This document shows positions 39,513 to 51,786 of a stretch of 64,000 nt of DNA, piece after piece; within the stretch, counting starts at the first letter, position 1; each line of letters starts with the position of its first letter. The stretch lies in assembly GCA_013239625.1 (NCBI GenBank), contig MU053559.1, forward strand, positions 2,029,205 to 2,093,204, read 5' to 3'. Source of the DNA: Lama guanicoe. Lineage: Eukaryota. Made by a program: the position numbers and the translations under genes. Under the pieces are notes generated by a model, which worked only from the letters and a program-made list of their open reading frames with translations, made no database searches and was not told the DNA's origin.

Positions 39513-40195
39513 AAAATCCATCAATGTTATCCACTATGTTAACATACTAAGGAAGGAAAAAAATCACATAATATTTTCAATTGATGCATAAAAAATTTGA
39601 AAAATTAAAATCAAATAAGGTACAATTACCTACCTATTAAAATGATTAAAGTAAAAAAATACTGTTAATATCAAATGCTGTTGAGGATGGGGAGCAGCTG
39701 GATCTTTTGTACGTTGCTGGTGGGAATGTAAAATGGTACAATCATTCTGACAGTTTCTTATAAAACCAAACGTGTATTTGCCCTATGACTCTGCAGTTGT
39801 ACTCTTGGTCAGTTACCATAGAAAAATGAAAACATATGTTCATATAAAATCTTGTACATGAATAGCAGCTTTATTGATAACAGACCAAAACTGGAAACCA
39901 CCCAGGTGTCCTTCAGAGACGTTCATGGTTAGACAAACAGTAGTACATCCATATACTGGAATACTACTTAACAATAGAAAAGAATAAACTATTGATTCAA
40001 AAAAAATTGAATAAATCTCCAGGGAACTATGCTGTGTGAAAGAAGCCAGACACAAAGGCTACGTATTGTATGATTCCATCTATATGTCATTCGGAAATAG
40101 AGGAAACTATAGGGATGGAGAACACATCAGTGGTCGCCAGGAGTTGGGGGTGGGAGGGAGAGGAGGTGTGGTTATGAAGGAATTTCAGGAAGGAG
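39513..40195 (+). mobile_element. Older L1 ORF2/3'UTR pieces
   Basis: caattgatgcataaaaaatttga; ctggaaaccacccaggtgtcc; tatgattccatctatatg. Confidence 0.8.
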
Positions 40196-41837
40196 TTATC
40201 ACATTGTCACATTTTATTCCTAGTTAAACTCCTCTTCAGCTATCACTTCCTTCTTCCCTATTCCTATGTGCTCCTTAAAGAAAAGCTTTTCATCCAGCCT
40301 TCCCTAGACCTCTACCCTTGGTTTGGATCAGAAAAAAAGTACCAGTTCTTCCCCAAGTTTTATCTCTGATTTGTGGCAAGGAGCAGCAGTTTGACATGAG
40401 TGTGAGGTGTATGGGGTGACCATTCGCTTTCATTCTCCGTTGTGCTCAAAATTACTTTCCAGTTCTACCTTTGCCTGTCCATGACTTTTGTGTTAATATT
40501 AACTTTTGATTTTGAGGCTAGCCTATTTTCATTTGTTTTTAGATCTTGTTTTTACTGTATTGTGACCAGGGCCTTGTCCTGAATGCAAGAGAAGGGGGCA
40601 ATCTCACAATGCAAACCTATTCCTTTCCTCCCACCCCACTGTCCCCAACCAATAGCTTAATTTTAATTCTGAAGGAACTGGGTAAAATGACAAGTGTAGT
40701 GTTTAGGTCATTTTCTTTGATTTAAGTCTGATGTAAATGTGCAGTAATCACTGCTTCAAAGACTAGAAGCCAAGGAATAAGATTTTGGTGGTACAATAGG
40801 GATCTTTTTGACTTTGTTGATACCAGACGGTAATGTATCTTTCTTAGCACTCATTTCTGCTCCTAATAATTTCAGAAGGAATCTCCATAAAGATATGGGA
40901 GTTTAACTAAATAATTTAAAATGTTTATTCCATTATAAATGTATGACTATTTAGAAAGCTCTTAAGTATTTCTTCCTCTCTCACAAATCTGAATTGTTTT
41001 TCTTCAACTGTTTAATTTCAGTGCAGTTTTTACCACTTGACCGATCACAATGAATAGTCTAATATAAGCTTACTGAGTTTTGTTACATTTGTTATATTTT
41101 CATTTTAACCTTGAATTTAATACATGGGATATAAAAGAGAAGCCAAGTGTAGCCTTTTCTGAACATTCACAGCACACCATGTACCATGGAGAAGATCACA
41201 AGCGCACGAGTAGCTAATTCAAGGACTTTTTTTTTTGAGGAGTCAAGACCAGCAAATGGGTGCATGTTAAACTGTTTTTTTCCTGGATGGAAAACACACT
41301 TTTATTAATTCACTCCCAAGCTTGACCTCCAGACCTGTTTGTCTCCTTGCTCTACCTTTACCTCTTCCAGTCAAAATGTTACCAGTTGTATTCAGGGTAA
41401 GGAGAACTTAGTCTTAACCAATATACAGCTTGAGGTGGGAAAAATATGTCTAAGCAGAGACATCACATGGTTAAAAAATTGGGGGTGAATATTCAGAGAA
41501 GAAGGTGATAGATCAACACCAAATTCCAGTCAATCAATAAATCTCTCATCTGGTGAATGCAGAGAATTTTTGATCATGTCCTAGGGTATCCCTCAAATGA
41601 GGGTCAAGAAGAAAAAGAGGATAATATCCCAAGAATATGCTGAAGCAGTGATCAGGCATTTTACAGAGACTACAGACAGGCTTTACAAGGGAGTTATCTT
41701 CTAAGGTGAAGAGACTTTAAAATGGTCACAGTGTCCATAATATGGAATCAAATGTGGTCTTAATCATTAAAGAGAATCAGCATGGACGCAAACCCAACAT
41801 TGTGTTGGAATATGATTCTAAAATCGTGCCAGGGGTG

Positions 41838-41960
41838 CGAGGAAGGATATAGTTCAAGTGGTAGAGTGCGTGCTTAACATGCACGAGATCCTGGGTTCAA
41901 TCCCCAGTACCTCCCCCCAAAATAAAGAAATAAACCTGATCACCCCCCCCAAAAAAAACT
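41838..41960 (+). mobile_element. tRNA-derived SINE (Vic-1-like)
   Basis: ggatatagttcaagtggtagagtgcgtgcttaacatgcacgagatcctgggttcaatcccc plus tail. Confidence 0.92.
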
Positions 41961-42756
41961 CCCAAAATCTTTCCAGAAAACCTGCAGGCTTTGGCCATTG
42001 CTGAGGCCATATATTAATTCACACATGGTATGTAAAGAAAAGGCTCAGAGTCACTGACAAAGGTCCCAGAGAAGGCTCCTTGGCCACCTTCATTTTCAAT
42101 ACAGAAGCTGTAAAAGGAGATTCTTACAGGACCAAAGGAGTGTTAATCTTTTCCAGTGGGCAGAAGGCAAAGGAAATACTTTCTCAGACGTGAGGGGAAA
42201 AAGAATCTGGAAACTCCATTTTTCTTTTTTTCTTCTCCCCATTATCTCTGATACTAGAAGTCCACAAATTTTGAAACTGGAAAGAGCCTCAAGTTCCATA
42301 TAATTAAATCATTAAATGTCCCTGGCATCTGTGATCGCCTGGTAACGGCTAGAAATTCGATGGCATCCCAAACCTTTTTATAGATTATTTTTCTCATTAT
42401 TTTCAGCTCAAACACTACAAATATCACAAAAACCTGCAATTACAGTAAGTGCCATAAAAATATAAAGTTGACAAAGTCTTCTGTTAGAACAGATGGGCCT
42501 CTAGAGTTCCAACCAATGCAGATTAAAAGCTATTATAAAGTCTAAAATCAGGCCATGGTGCATTTTAGTCATAGCTTTTAAGAAAAAGCTCTGCTTCATG
42601 CGGTCATGCTGACCTGTAGGACCTGCAGCTCTGCACTGTATGGAAATTAAACCTGAGCTTGTTGCTGTTTGAGTAGTTATGTGGTTTTGTACAGAAACTA
42701 AGAAATGTATATAATGGTTAGATAAAGGATATCTCTTCATAGGTTTCAAGGGTATA

Positions 42757-42950
42757 TGTCACACTAGATAGTTTATTTTGTTTGGCCAGCCTAAATCTGA
42801 ATCCCCTTGACAAGTTTGGGGAAATCACCAAATTATGACTTTTGGTGGAAGGCAGAGCTCTCTCTCCTTATAGGAGCTGAAAGTACCAGATACTTTTCTA
42901 TTTCTTAAAAGCTTTGATTCAGGCATGTGACCTAGGTTCAGACAATCGTA
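42757..42950 (-). mobile_element. Old ERVL-class LTR fragment (LTR33-like)
   Basis: tgtcacac...tttggccagcctaaatctgaatcccc...tttggggaaatc...ggcatgtgacctagg. Confidence 0.5.
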
Positions 42951-43535
42951 TACAGCCACAGTGGATGGTAAAGCCAGTGTAAATGATGAAAAGAATCAGG
43001 TGAACTTCCGATTAAAATTCTTCAGTGACTCCTTGCTTTGGAAATTGTCTGTGATCCAAACATATAGCAATAATTCATAAGATATAAAAAGCAAAAATAA
43101 AAAAGATGTAGTTGAGATCAAATCCAAGAGACACATATCCATGAACAAGAAATGGGCTGAGACTATGGACTTACCTAATTCAGGGCCCAAGAATAGGCAG
43201 TGGTAGTCAGAGATTTAGCCCCTGCATAGCCAAGGAGCCCAGACTGATTCAGATAAGTCAGGGAAACAGGGGCAGATTCACAATGTGAAGCCAGAGGCCA
43301 GGATGTGGATGTCAACTCATCCCCTTGAAAGGAGCCTAAAGAAATGACCCCCAAATGTTGTCTAAGGATAGAGCTAGAATAAATCTGCAGGCTCAGGAAG
43401 GCAAAAGGACAGATATACATCTCTTGGACCTGGTGTTGAACCAAACTTCCTGCTTGACCAGATCTGTCAGGTTCCCCAAGATCACTGTGAGACAGGAGCC
43501 TCCAAGTGTCATTATTAAATCTAGTTTTGGACTGT

Positions 43536-43720
43536 CTTTTTTTTTTTCCTTTTCTCCTACCAGATTTTTGGCATCTTTATCTTTTGAAGAGGGCGATGTT
43601 CTGTCGGAGTTCTGCAGGTGCTCTGGTTGGCTGAGTGGGTCTGTAGATGTGGGTCTTGGTGTATTTGTGGGAGAGGGTGACTTACGAGCGTCCTTCTACT
43701 CCGCCATCTTCCTCTCTCTC
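43536..43720 (-). mobile_element. TSD-flanked insert made only of the 5' end of a young L1 plus an A-rich tail
   Basis: Reverse complement starts GAGAGAGAGGAAGATGGCGGAGTAGAAGGACG (L1 5' end with YY1 motif) and ends in an A-rich tract. TSD tggactgt at 43528-43535 and 43721-43728. Confidence 0.8.
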
Positions 43721-43929
43721 TGGACTGTAAAATTATATATGCATTTACCCTGTGACTCAGGAACCTCACTTCTAAGTAAAGATACACTGCCCAGAAAAAA
43801 AGCAAAAAGATGTATGTATGAGGCTATCTACTGAAACATTATTTATAATGATAGGAAAAGCAGGAAGTGGTCCAAATGTCTATCAATAGGAAACTGGTTA
43901 AATAAAGGTGGTATTAAAAAAAATAAAGG

Positions 43930-44143
43930 GCAGGGGGAGGGTATAGCTCAGTGGTAGAGCCTGTGCTGAGCATGCCTGAGGTCCTGGGTTCAATCCCCAG
44001 TAGCTCCATTTAAAAAATGAATAACCTAATTTCCTCCCCCCCCAAAAAGATGAAAAATAATAAAATAAAATAAAATAAAATAAAATAAAATAAAATAAAT
44101 AGTTGGACAAGACAATTTTAAGAATTAAATAAAAAAAAGAAGT
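43930..44143 (+). mobile_element. tRNA-derived SINE (Vic-1-like) with a (TAAAA)n tail
   Basis: gggggagggtatagctcagtggtagagc...gggttcaatcccc. TSD ttaaaaaaaataaagg at 43914-43929 and 44144-44159. Confidence 0.95.
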
Positions 44144-44779
44144 TTAAAAAAAATAAAGGACCATACAGGTGCAAAAAGAGATAGAAAATATCTCTATGAA
44201 GTAATTTTAGGGTATGTGGTTTAGGGGAGAAAAGCAAGAAGAAGAAGATAGTGAGGATGCCACCTTTTATCTAGGACAGGGGAAATAGTAATTATATAAG
44301 TGTGTGTATTTATGTTCATGTGTACATTTAAAATGAAATGATAAGTCCTAACATTTAAAATGGCTGTTTATGGTATTCATGGGGAGACTAAGATCAGAGA
44401 TGGAAATAGGAGCTGGGTTTCATTGAATATACCTTGTTTTGTATATTTGACTTTGAAACTATATAAATATTTTGCACATTAATAAAGCAAAAGTCGATTT
44501 TTAAAAAGCAATTCCTAAAATTGAAATTCAGTGGCAAAAATGAACCTTTATGTGTGTATAGTTGGTGGCATAACCACACAGAGAGGAATTACACTAACTG
44601 ACTTTAAGGCACATAAATTTGACCATACATCCTTAGTGAAGACAAAACCTAAGGCAACAAAACAAAACAAAACAACACAATGATGACCGCAACTTGAAAA
44701 ATAAATCTAAAACTAGTTAGTAATTATATTGTTGATGGTAGTGTTGGTATCATTATTCTGAGACCATTGCATTTTTGTG

Positions 44780-45050
44780 TATATATATATATATATATAT
44801 ATTTTTTAATTGAAGTATAGTCAGTTTACAATGTTGTGTCAGTTTCTGGTGTACAGCATAATGCTTCAGTCATACGTGAATATACATCTATTCGTTTTCA
44901 TATTCTTTTTCACCATAAGTTACTACAAGATATTGAATATAGTTCCCTGTGCTAGACAGCATGAACTTCTCGTTTATCTATTCTATATATATCAGTTAGT
45001 ATCTGCAAATCTCTGACTCTCAATTTATCCCCCACTGCCTGGTAATCACA
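44780..45050 (-). mobile_element. Young L1 3' end with a (TA)n tail
   Basis: ttaattgaagtatagtcagtttacaatgttgtgtcag is the reverse complement of ~60905-60941. Confidence 0.92.
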
Positions 45051-45859
45051 TGTTTATTGTTAAAACAAATGAGTACTTAGTTTGTGTCATTAGGATTTGG
45101 GGCATGGGAGAAAGAAAATACAGGTGCAAGTTCAATGATTTTAGGTATAACCCTGATTTTGAATTGAAAGCATCATTATGAACACAAGATGTATTTTCTT
45201 TTAAAAAAAGAAACTCTTAGCTTTATCCATTAAAACGTTTTAGAGACAAAAATCAACAAACCAAAAGTAATAAGCACCCCCTAAGAGCCCAGATTGTGGT
45301 ATCGAATTTTCAATTAAAAGGAATAGAGCTCCTGGACAAGAAATTTATGAGATCAGCCTGAACATCATGTGATATCACAAAGCAAGAAGCTGTCAAAGAA
45401 TATTAGGGTTGTGTCTTTAAGACTCAGAAACCAATGTTAATAAAAGCTCTCACTGATTAAAGATGGGTCTGTCTAGACATCATGCAGGATGCAGTAGATT
45501 TAAATCCATGTGTTTATAAGGATATTTTTTTAATGCTCTTTGTTCATCCTCAGATGATACTAGAGCGCCAATGTACTGTTTTGAGCTGACAAATAAAAGG
45601 GGTAAATAAAACATTAATTATGCCTTTCTTAGATGAACTGTACCGCAGTGTAAACAAATAGTTGGTAAGTACAAGTTTCTATAAGTGTTCCAACTAATAA
45701 ATGAAGAAGGAATAACAAAAATAAGACATCACCATTTTGTAACCTCTATTTAATTAGTGGATATGAGTAATGTTCCCCAGTTACTGTTAGCGACATAAAA
45801 AGACAACCAGACGTTACATGCTTCCTAATGGAAGTACACTGCACCGCCTGTAAGATATG

Positions 45860-48800
45860 TGAATAATTAGCTATTAATTTAAAATAATTAGAACTACTTT
45901 TGTATTTTAAATGTATATAAAGTTAAAACACTAAACAAAATCAAGATCAGGAAAGTGTGTTCTTTAGGTAGTAAAAGTAGATCAAAGACTTTGTCATGGT
46001 TTGGATAAAGATACAGCTATTGAATAACTTTGATCTTTGTTAGAAAACTTAAGGAAGAATATGTATGTTAACATTTGAAGATAATAAGAAAGAAATAAAA
46101 AATATAAATATAAATCAGCAAGTAGAAAATGTCATCTATTGAACAGAAGGCATGAAAAAAAAGGAACAAAGAATAATTGTCAAATAGAAGATACAGAATA
46201 AGTCCAAAAACATTAGTAATCAAAATAAATGAAACAGACTACACTTTTTATTTACAAAGTGGAATATTTAAAAATTCAGCTATATAAGACATACATCAAA
46301 GAACACCTCACAGAAATGTTGAAAATAAAGGAATGGACAAATATATACCAATCAAGTACTAATCATAAAAAGATGCTAAAACTATATTAAGTTAGAATTT
46401 GAAGCAACAAGCACTAGTTGGAATAAGAGAGATATTTGCAATAATATAATTCAAATTTTACCAGAAAGATATAATAGTCTTCAATTTGTATGAAATTGAC
46501 AACATTGCCTCAAGACAGATACATCAAAAATCCATAATCACAATGGGAGATTTTAAAACGTCTCAATCATAAGCTTATGGAGCGAGCAGATAAGAAATTA
46601 AGGATATAGAATCTTTAAATAATAAAATTAACTAGAAGTCAATAAACATAAAAATACATTATTTCCAAATATAATGGGTGTTTGCAAAAATTTGTCACAT
46701 GCTAGAACTTAAAGGAAGTCTAAAAAGTATAAAAGATCTGTTGCCATACTGACCATGCTCTCCTCTGATAACAATAAATTGAATTAGAAATCAAGCACCA
46801 ACGAAAAGCTGGTTAAAAACAACAATATTTGCAAACTTTAAAATGCTCTCAGAACTAACTCATGATTAACAAGAAAATCACAATGGAAATCAGAGAATAG
46901 AAATTTAGAACTGTATGATAATGAAAGTACTACATTTCAAAATGTGTAACATGCAGGTAAAAGAGCATTTAGAAGGAAATTTACAGTCTAAAATGTATTT
47001 ATTTTAAAATGAAAAGATTAAAAATTGAAGTTAGTTAATTGAAAATAAGGGAGTTAATTATTAGAAAAGTATTAGAATTAGAAAAGAAATGACAGACTTT
47101 TGATTAACATAGAAGAAACAGAGACTTTATGGGATCAGAAAACTTAAAATGCTTCTCTGAAATAAGAACAGGAAGCTTAAAAGACATATTCAGGAATAAT
47201 AAGAACAGAGAAATAAAAATGTGGAAAAATCTCAGTGAAATTATTATAGTATACTGTTGAGATACATCTCCCATAAAACAGTGAAAAGACAAATTTAAGA
47301 AAGTAGGAGATGAAAAGAGAATGAAAGACAAAGTGGCAAAAGAACCAAGAAAATAGAGGAAAAGAAATCACTGATGAAATGATTCAAGAATATTTCCCAT
47401 ATGCGAATAACTCGTCTTATAATTAAATGGATCCACCAATTGAAGGGCTCAAATCTCAGCATGTCGTCATATAATTGCAGGACACTGAAGACCCGACAGC
47501 GTCCAGAAAGGAGAAAAGGAAAAGGTTTAACAGGAATGTAAAAGAATCACAACAGCATTGATCTTCTTACCAGTAATCATGAAAGCCAAAAGCCAACAGA
47601 GCAACATCATTCTGAGAAAATAATTCTACACTAAGATTTAGCAAGGAGCTAAATCATCAAAAAAGTGGGAGGGGAGAATAAAGATATTTTTTCCCCTAGA
47701 AGTGTAATATCTCAATCATTTTGAGGGAGTCAACCAAGAAAGAGGAAGACATGGGATTCAGGCAATGAGGGCTGACACAGGGAAGAGGAAGAGCACGGAG
47801 AGAACAACTACTCGTTTCTAGAAGAGATTTCTTCAAGAAAATGAAACTGATAGACTCTACTATATATTCATCTATTATGAAGCTATTTACACAATGGAGC
47901 AGAATCTGAGAGTGAGACGGTTGCAAACAAAACACAACAAAAAGATATTCACTCCAGGAAAACAAAAAAGTTATTCCAGAAGGAAGACTCCGAGACAAAC
48001 AGCATTCAGAGAACCCCAATAATGATTTATGATTATGGTTAAATGATTATGATTTAACCAAAGTAACCACATAACTGCCCCGGGAAGGACAGGGCACGGG
48101 GCGTATAGATACGTATGATGGGGATAGTAATGGTGAAGGATAACTAAACACAGGTATCAATCTGTATTGGGAAATAAATGGAAAATGTTTAAAATTTCAC
48201 AAGCAATAAGTAGCAATATAGGCATATTTTAAAACACACACCAATCATAAGAATTAGCTAAAAGAGTGGAAAATTGTTGCTCCTGGAGAGCATGGATGGG
48301 AGGGATGTGACAAAAGATGTGCTATTTGTTATGAAACAATAGTTGCATGAGTATAAGACTTACCCAAATATACATGTGTGTAACTTTTATAGAAATAAAT
48401 ACTAAATAAAAAATAAAAGGACTAACACTGCAAAATAAGTTGCAATAAAGGTGACAAGAGTTAAAGAAGTGAAATGAAAAACAAAGAAATCCATAGGGTC
48501 AACAAAACTAAAAACCGTTTGTTTCTTTTTTTAAAAGTCTATATATTACATATCTTTGGTAACATTGAAAAAGGGGGGGAAAGGCATGAATAAACAGTAT
48601 TAACAATAAGGAGGTATGACATTACAATTTTCTAACATTAAGAGATAATATAAGAAAAATAATGTAGAAATATATTTGGAAACAGATGAAATAAATCATT
48701 TCTGAGAAAATATGTTATAAAAATTCACTCAAAGAGAAGATACGAATTAAGCAATAAAATTTTTAAAAAAGGAACAGGTAATTGAATATCTTATTCAAAA

Positions 48801-49078
48801 GACATCATGCTTAGTTGATTTTATAGGCAAGTTGTGTCAACTCTCAAGGAACATATTCTCCCTATTTTATACACGCTGTTCCACAGATTATGAGAAGAAA
48901 AGCCATTGGACTCATTTTATGAGGCTAATAAAAGCTTGACACTAAAATTGGGATAAGGATAGTGCAAAAAATTAAACTTATGGACCATTCTCACTTATGA
49001 ACATAGATATTAAAGTTCTAAAAACTAAGTTATTTACTTAGTGACCGTGCATATTAAAAAAATACATTATACCAAAGT
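45860..49078 (+). mobile_element. Patchwork of very old L1 ORF2/ORF1-like fragments
   Basis: A-rich, with remnants such as atgggagattttaaaacgtctc, agagcatttagaaggaaatttacag and ctcattttatgaggc. Internal boundaries not resolved. Confidence 0.65.
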
Positions 49079-49432
49079 ATTAGTTTTCTATTACTGTGTA
49101 CCAACCACAGAACGTATTGGTTTGAAACAACACCCATTCATCATCTCACAGTTTCTGTAGGTCAGAAGTTCAGACCCAGCTTAAATGAATCGTCGGCTTA
49201 GGGGCTCACAAGGCTACAATTAAGTTGTCAGCTCGGGCCAGGGTCTCATTTGAGTCTTGAGGTCCTCTCCCAAGCTCATATGATTATTGGCAGAATTCAT
49301 TTCCTTGCAGCTGTGGAGCTTATGAGGGCTTGTCTCTTCAAGGCCACCTGGAGAATCTCTCCAACCACTTAGACCCTGTTTTAAAGGGATAGCTTGATTA
49401 GGTCAGGTCCATTCATGATAAGCTCTCTTTGG
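49079..49432 (-). mobile_element. MaLR LTR (MLT1-type)
   Basis: tattagttttctattactgtgta...catctcacagtttctgtaggtcagaagttc...gattaggtcaggtcca. Confidence 0.85.
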
Positions 49433-51786
49433 ATCCATCAAAGAAGTGAGGTCACAGGGCAAATCACTGGCCCCCCAAACTGGAGAGACACACAAGTGAA
49501 TACGGAGAATCTTAACCCATGAGCAGAAACTGCAGAAACCAGTGCTGGGCCAGGTTAACTTGAACTGTAATTGATGAGTTGCTGGAGGCTCGGTGTGGAC
49601 AAATCTGAGGGGTTAAAAACTCCACTCACCCAGTTGTCAGGGGTGTACAATGCTCTTGTGGGTTTTACCTCCTGAAGCTCTATCAGGTTCTCACAGTGAC
49701 TATTAGACAAATATACCCTCGTGCTAGACGCAGAGAGGATGGCAAAAAATCTTCAAATACTCCAAAATATTTTGTTCTTAACAGTCCGCCCTAAGAGAAA
49801 ATATTTAAACAGTGATTAAAATGATGGGGTTTTATCATTCCCGGGACANNNNNNNNNNNNNNNNNNNNNNNNNNNNNNNNNNNNNNNNNNNNNNNNNNNN
49901 NNNNNNNNNNNNNNNNNNNNNNNNNNNNNNNNNNNNNNNNNNNNNNNNNNNNNNNNNNNNNNNNNNNNNNNNNNNNNNNNNNNNNNNNNNNNNNNNNNNN
50001 NNNNNNNNNNNNNNNNNNNNNNNNNNNNNNNNNNNNNNNNNNNNNNNNNNNNNNNNNNNNNNNNNNNNNNNNNNNNNNNNNGGGGGTGTAGGGGGCGGTG
50101 GGAGGGGGAAGGGACAAAGAAGCACTTGGGAAGTTCACTGCCCAGAGACACAGGTTCAAAAAAAGACTGAGACCTACTCATAGGACTACATGCAATATGC
50201 TTCCTCTCTCCCCACGCCTCACTACTACATTACTGAAGGCGTATTTACAGTAATTCCTTTTACCCAGTACATCATGTTTGGCTATCAAGAAAAAATTGCA
50301 AGACATGCTAAAAGGCAAATAACACAGTTTGAAAAGACAGAGCAAGCATTAGAACCAGACTGAGACATGCCAAGAGTGTTGCCATTTTCAGACTGGTAAT
50401 TTAAAACAATTATGATTAATCGGCTAAGGGTTCTAATGGAAAAGGTAGACAGCATTCAAAAATAGATGGGCAATGCAAGCCCAGAGATGGAAAGTCAAAG
50501 AATGAATCAAAAGAAATGTTAGAGGTTAAAATAACCGTAACAAAAATGAAGACTGCCTTTGATGGGTTTATTAGTAGACTGGATGTGGCTGAGGAAAGAT
50601 TCTCTGACCTTGAGGATATCTCAATAGAAACCTCCAAAATTGAAAAGCCAAGAATAAAAGATAGAAAAACCAGAACAGAGTATCCAAGGACTGCGGGATA
50701 ACTGAAAAAGGTGTCACATATATGTAACAGGAATACCAGAAGAAGAAACAGAAGAGGAAGGAACAGAAGAAATATTTGAAAGAATAATGACTGAGAATTT
50801 CCCCAAATTAATGTTAGACAACAAAACACAAAACTCCGGAAGCTTGGAGAACATCAAGCAAGACAAATGGAAAAAAAAATCTAGGCATATCATTTTCAAA
50901 CTACAGAAAATGCATCATAAAGAAAATCCTAAAAGAAGCCAGAAGGAGGGGGAAAAGCCACCTTACCCACAGAGGAGGAAGGTGGAAGAAAGTGGAATGA
51001 AATATTTAGTGTTGAGAGAAAAATACCCACCGACCTAGAATTCTGTACCCTGTGAAATTATCATTCAAATAAACACTTTCTCAGGCAAACAAAAATTGAG
51101 GCCATTTGTTGGCAGTAGACCTGCCCTGCAAGAAATGCTAAAAGCGAGTTCTCTACAGAGAAGCAAAATGATATAGGTCAGAAACTGAGACATACATTGA
51201 AAAAGGAAGAGGATCAGAAAAGGAATAAGTGAAGGTAAAATAAAACTTTTCTTTTCCTTATTCTAAATTGATCTAACAGATAATAGGTTTCTCAAAATAA
51301 TAGCAACAATGCAGTCAAATACACACATTTATGTTTATATATAAGTTAAAGAGATGACAGCAATGATGCAAGGGACAAGAGGGAGGATTTAGGATCATTT
51401 TGTGACTATAAGATACTTGGACTACCAGTGAAGTGGTACAGTTTTATTTCAAATTGGACTTGGATTTGTTCTAAATGTATATTGCAGACTCTAGGGGAAC
51501 CACTCAAAAAAAAATTTTTTTTAAGTGTAAGTGATATGCTAAAAAAGGAATCATATAAAATGCTCAATTAAAACCACAAACAGCAGAAAAAGAGTGGAAA
51601 ACAGGAATAGGAACAAAGAACAAAGGCAACAAATACAAAACAGTAACTAATACAGTAGCTACCAATCCAACTATATCAGCAATCACTTTGGATGTCAGTG
51701 ATCTAAAGGTATCAACTAAAAAGACATTGTCAGAGTGAGTGAAAACAATGACCCAACTATATGTTGTCTACAAGAAACCCACTTTA
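49433..51786 (+). mobile_element. L1MC/L1MD-like 5'UTR, ORF1 and ORF2 start (spans the assembly gap)
   Basis: ORFs 50516..50701 (MKTAFDGFISRLDVAEERFSDLED) and 50787..51038 (MTENFPKLM...SRHIIFKL) are L1 ORF1p-like. cccaactatatgttgtctacaagaaac is the ORF2 N-terminus (CCLQE). Confidence 0.9.
49849..50081. other. Assembly gap (233 N)
   Basis: Run of n. Confidence 1.

Larger units (their letters stand above)
43729..45850 (+). mobile_element. Old L1 (L1MC4/5-like) ORF2 end and long 3'UTR, interrupted by a SINE and a young L1
   Basis: gcatttaccctgtgactcagg...ccaaatgtctatcaataggaaactggttaaataaa; agcccagattgtggtatcg. Confidence 0.7.

Noticed and set aside
43355..43834. Longest ORF in the track (159 aa)
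   Set aside because: It runs through unique DNA, a T-tract, an antisense L1 5'UTR and an old L1. There is no recognisable protein similarity, so it is a chance ORF.
43930..44010. tRNA gene calls for the SINE heads (also 23945, 35612, 41838, 58265)
   Set aside because: They have A-rich tails, mostly clear TSDs and disrupted stems, so they are SINEs rather than tRNA genes.
49791..50183. ORFs spanning poly-X
   Set aside because: Artefacts of the N gap.
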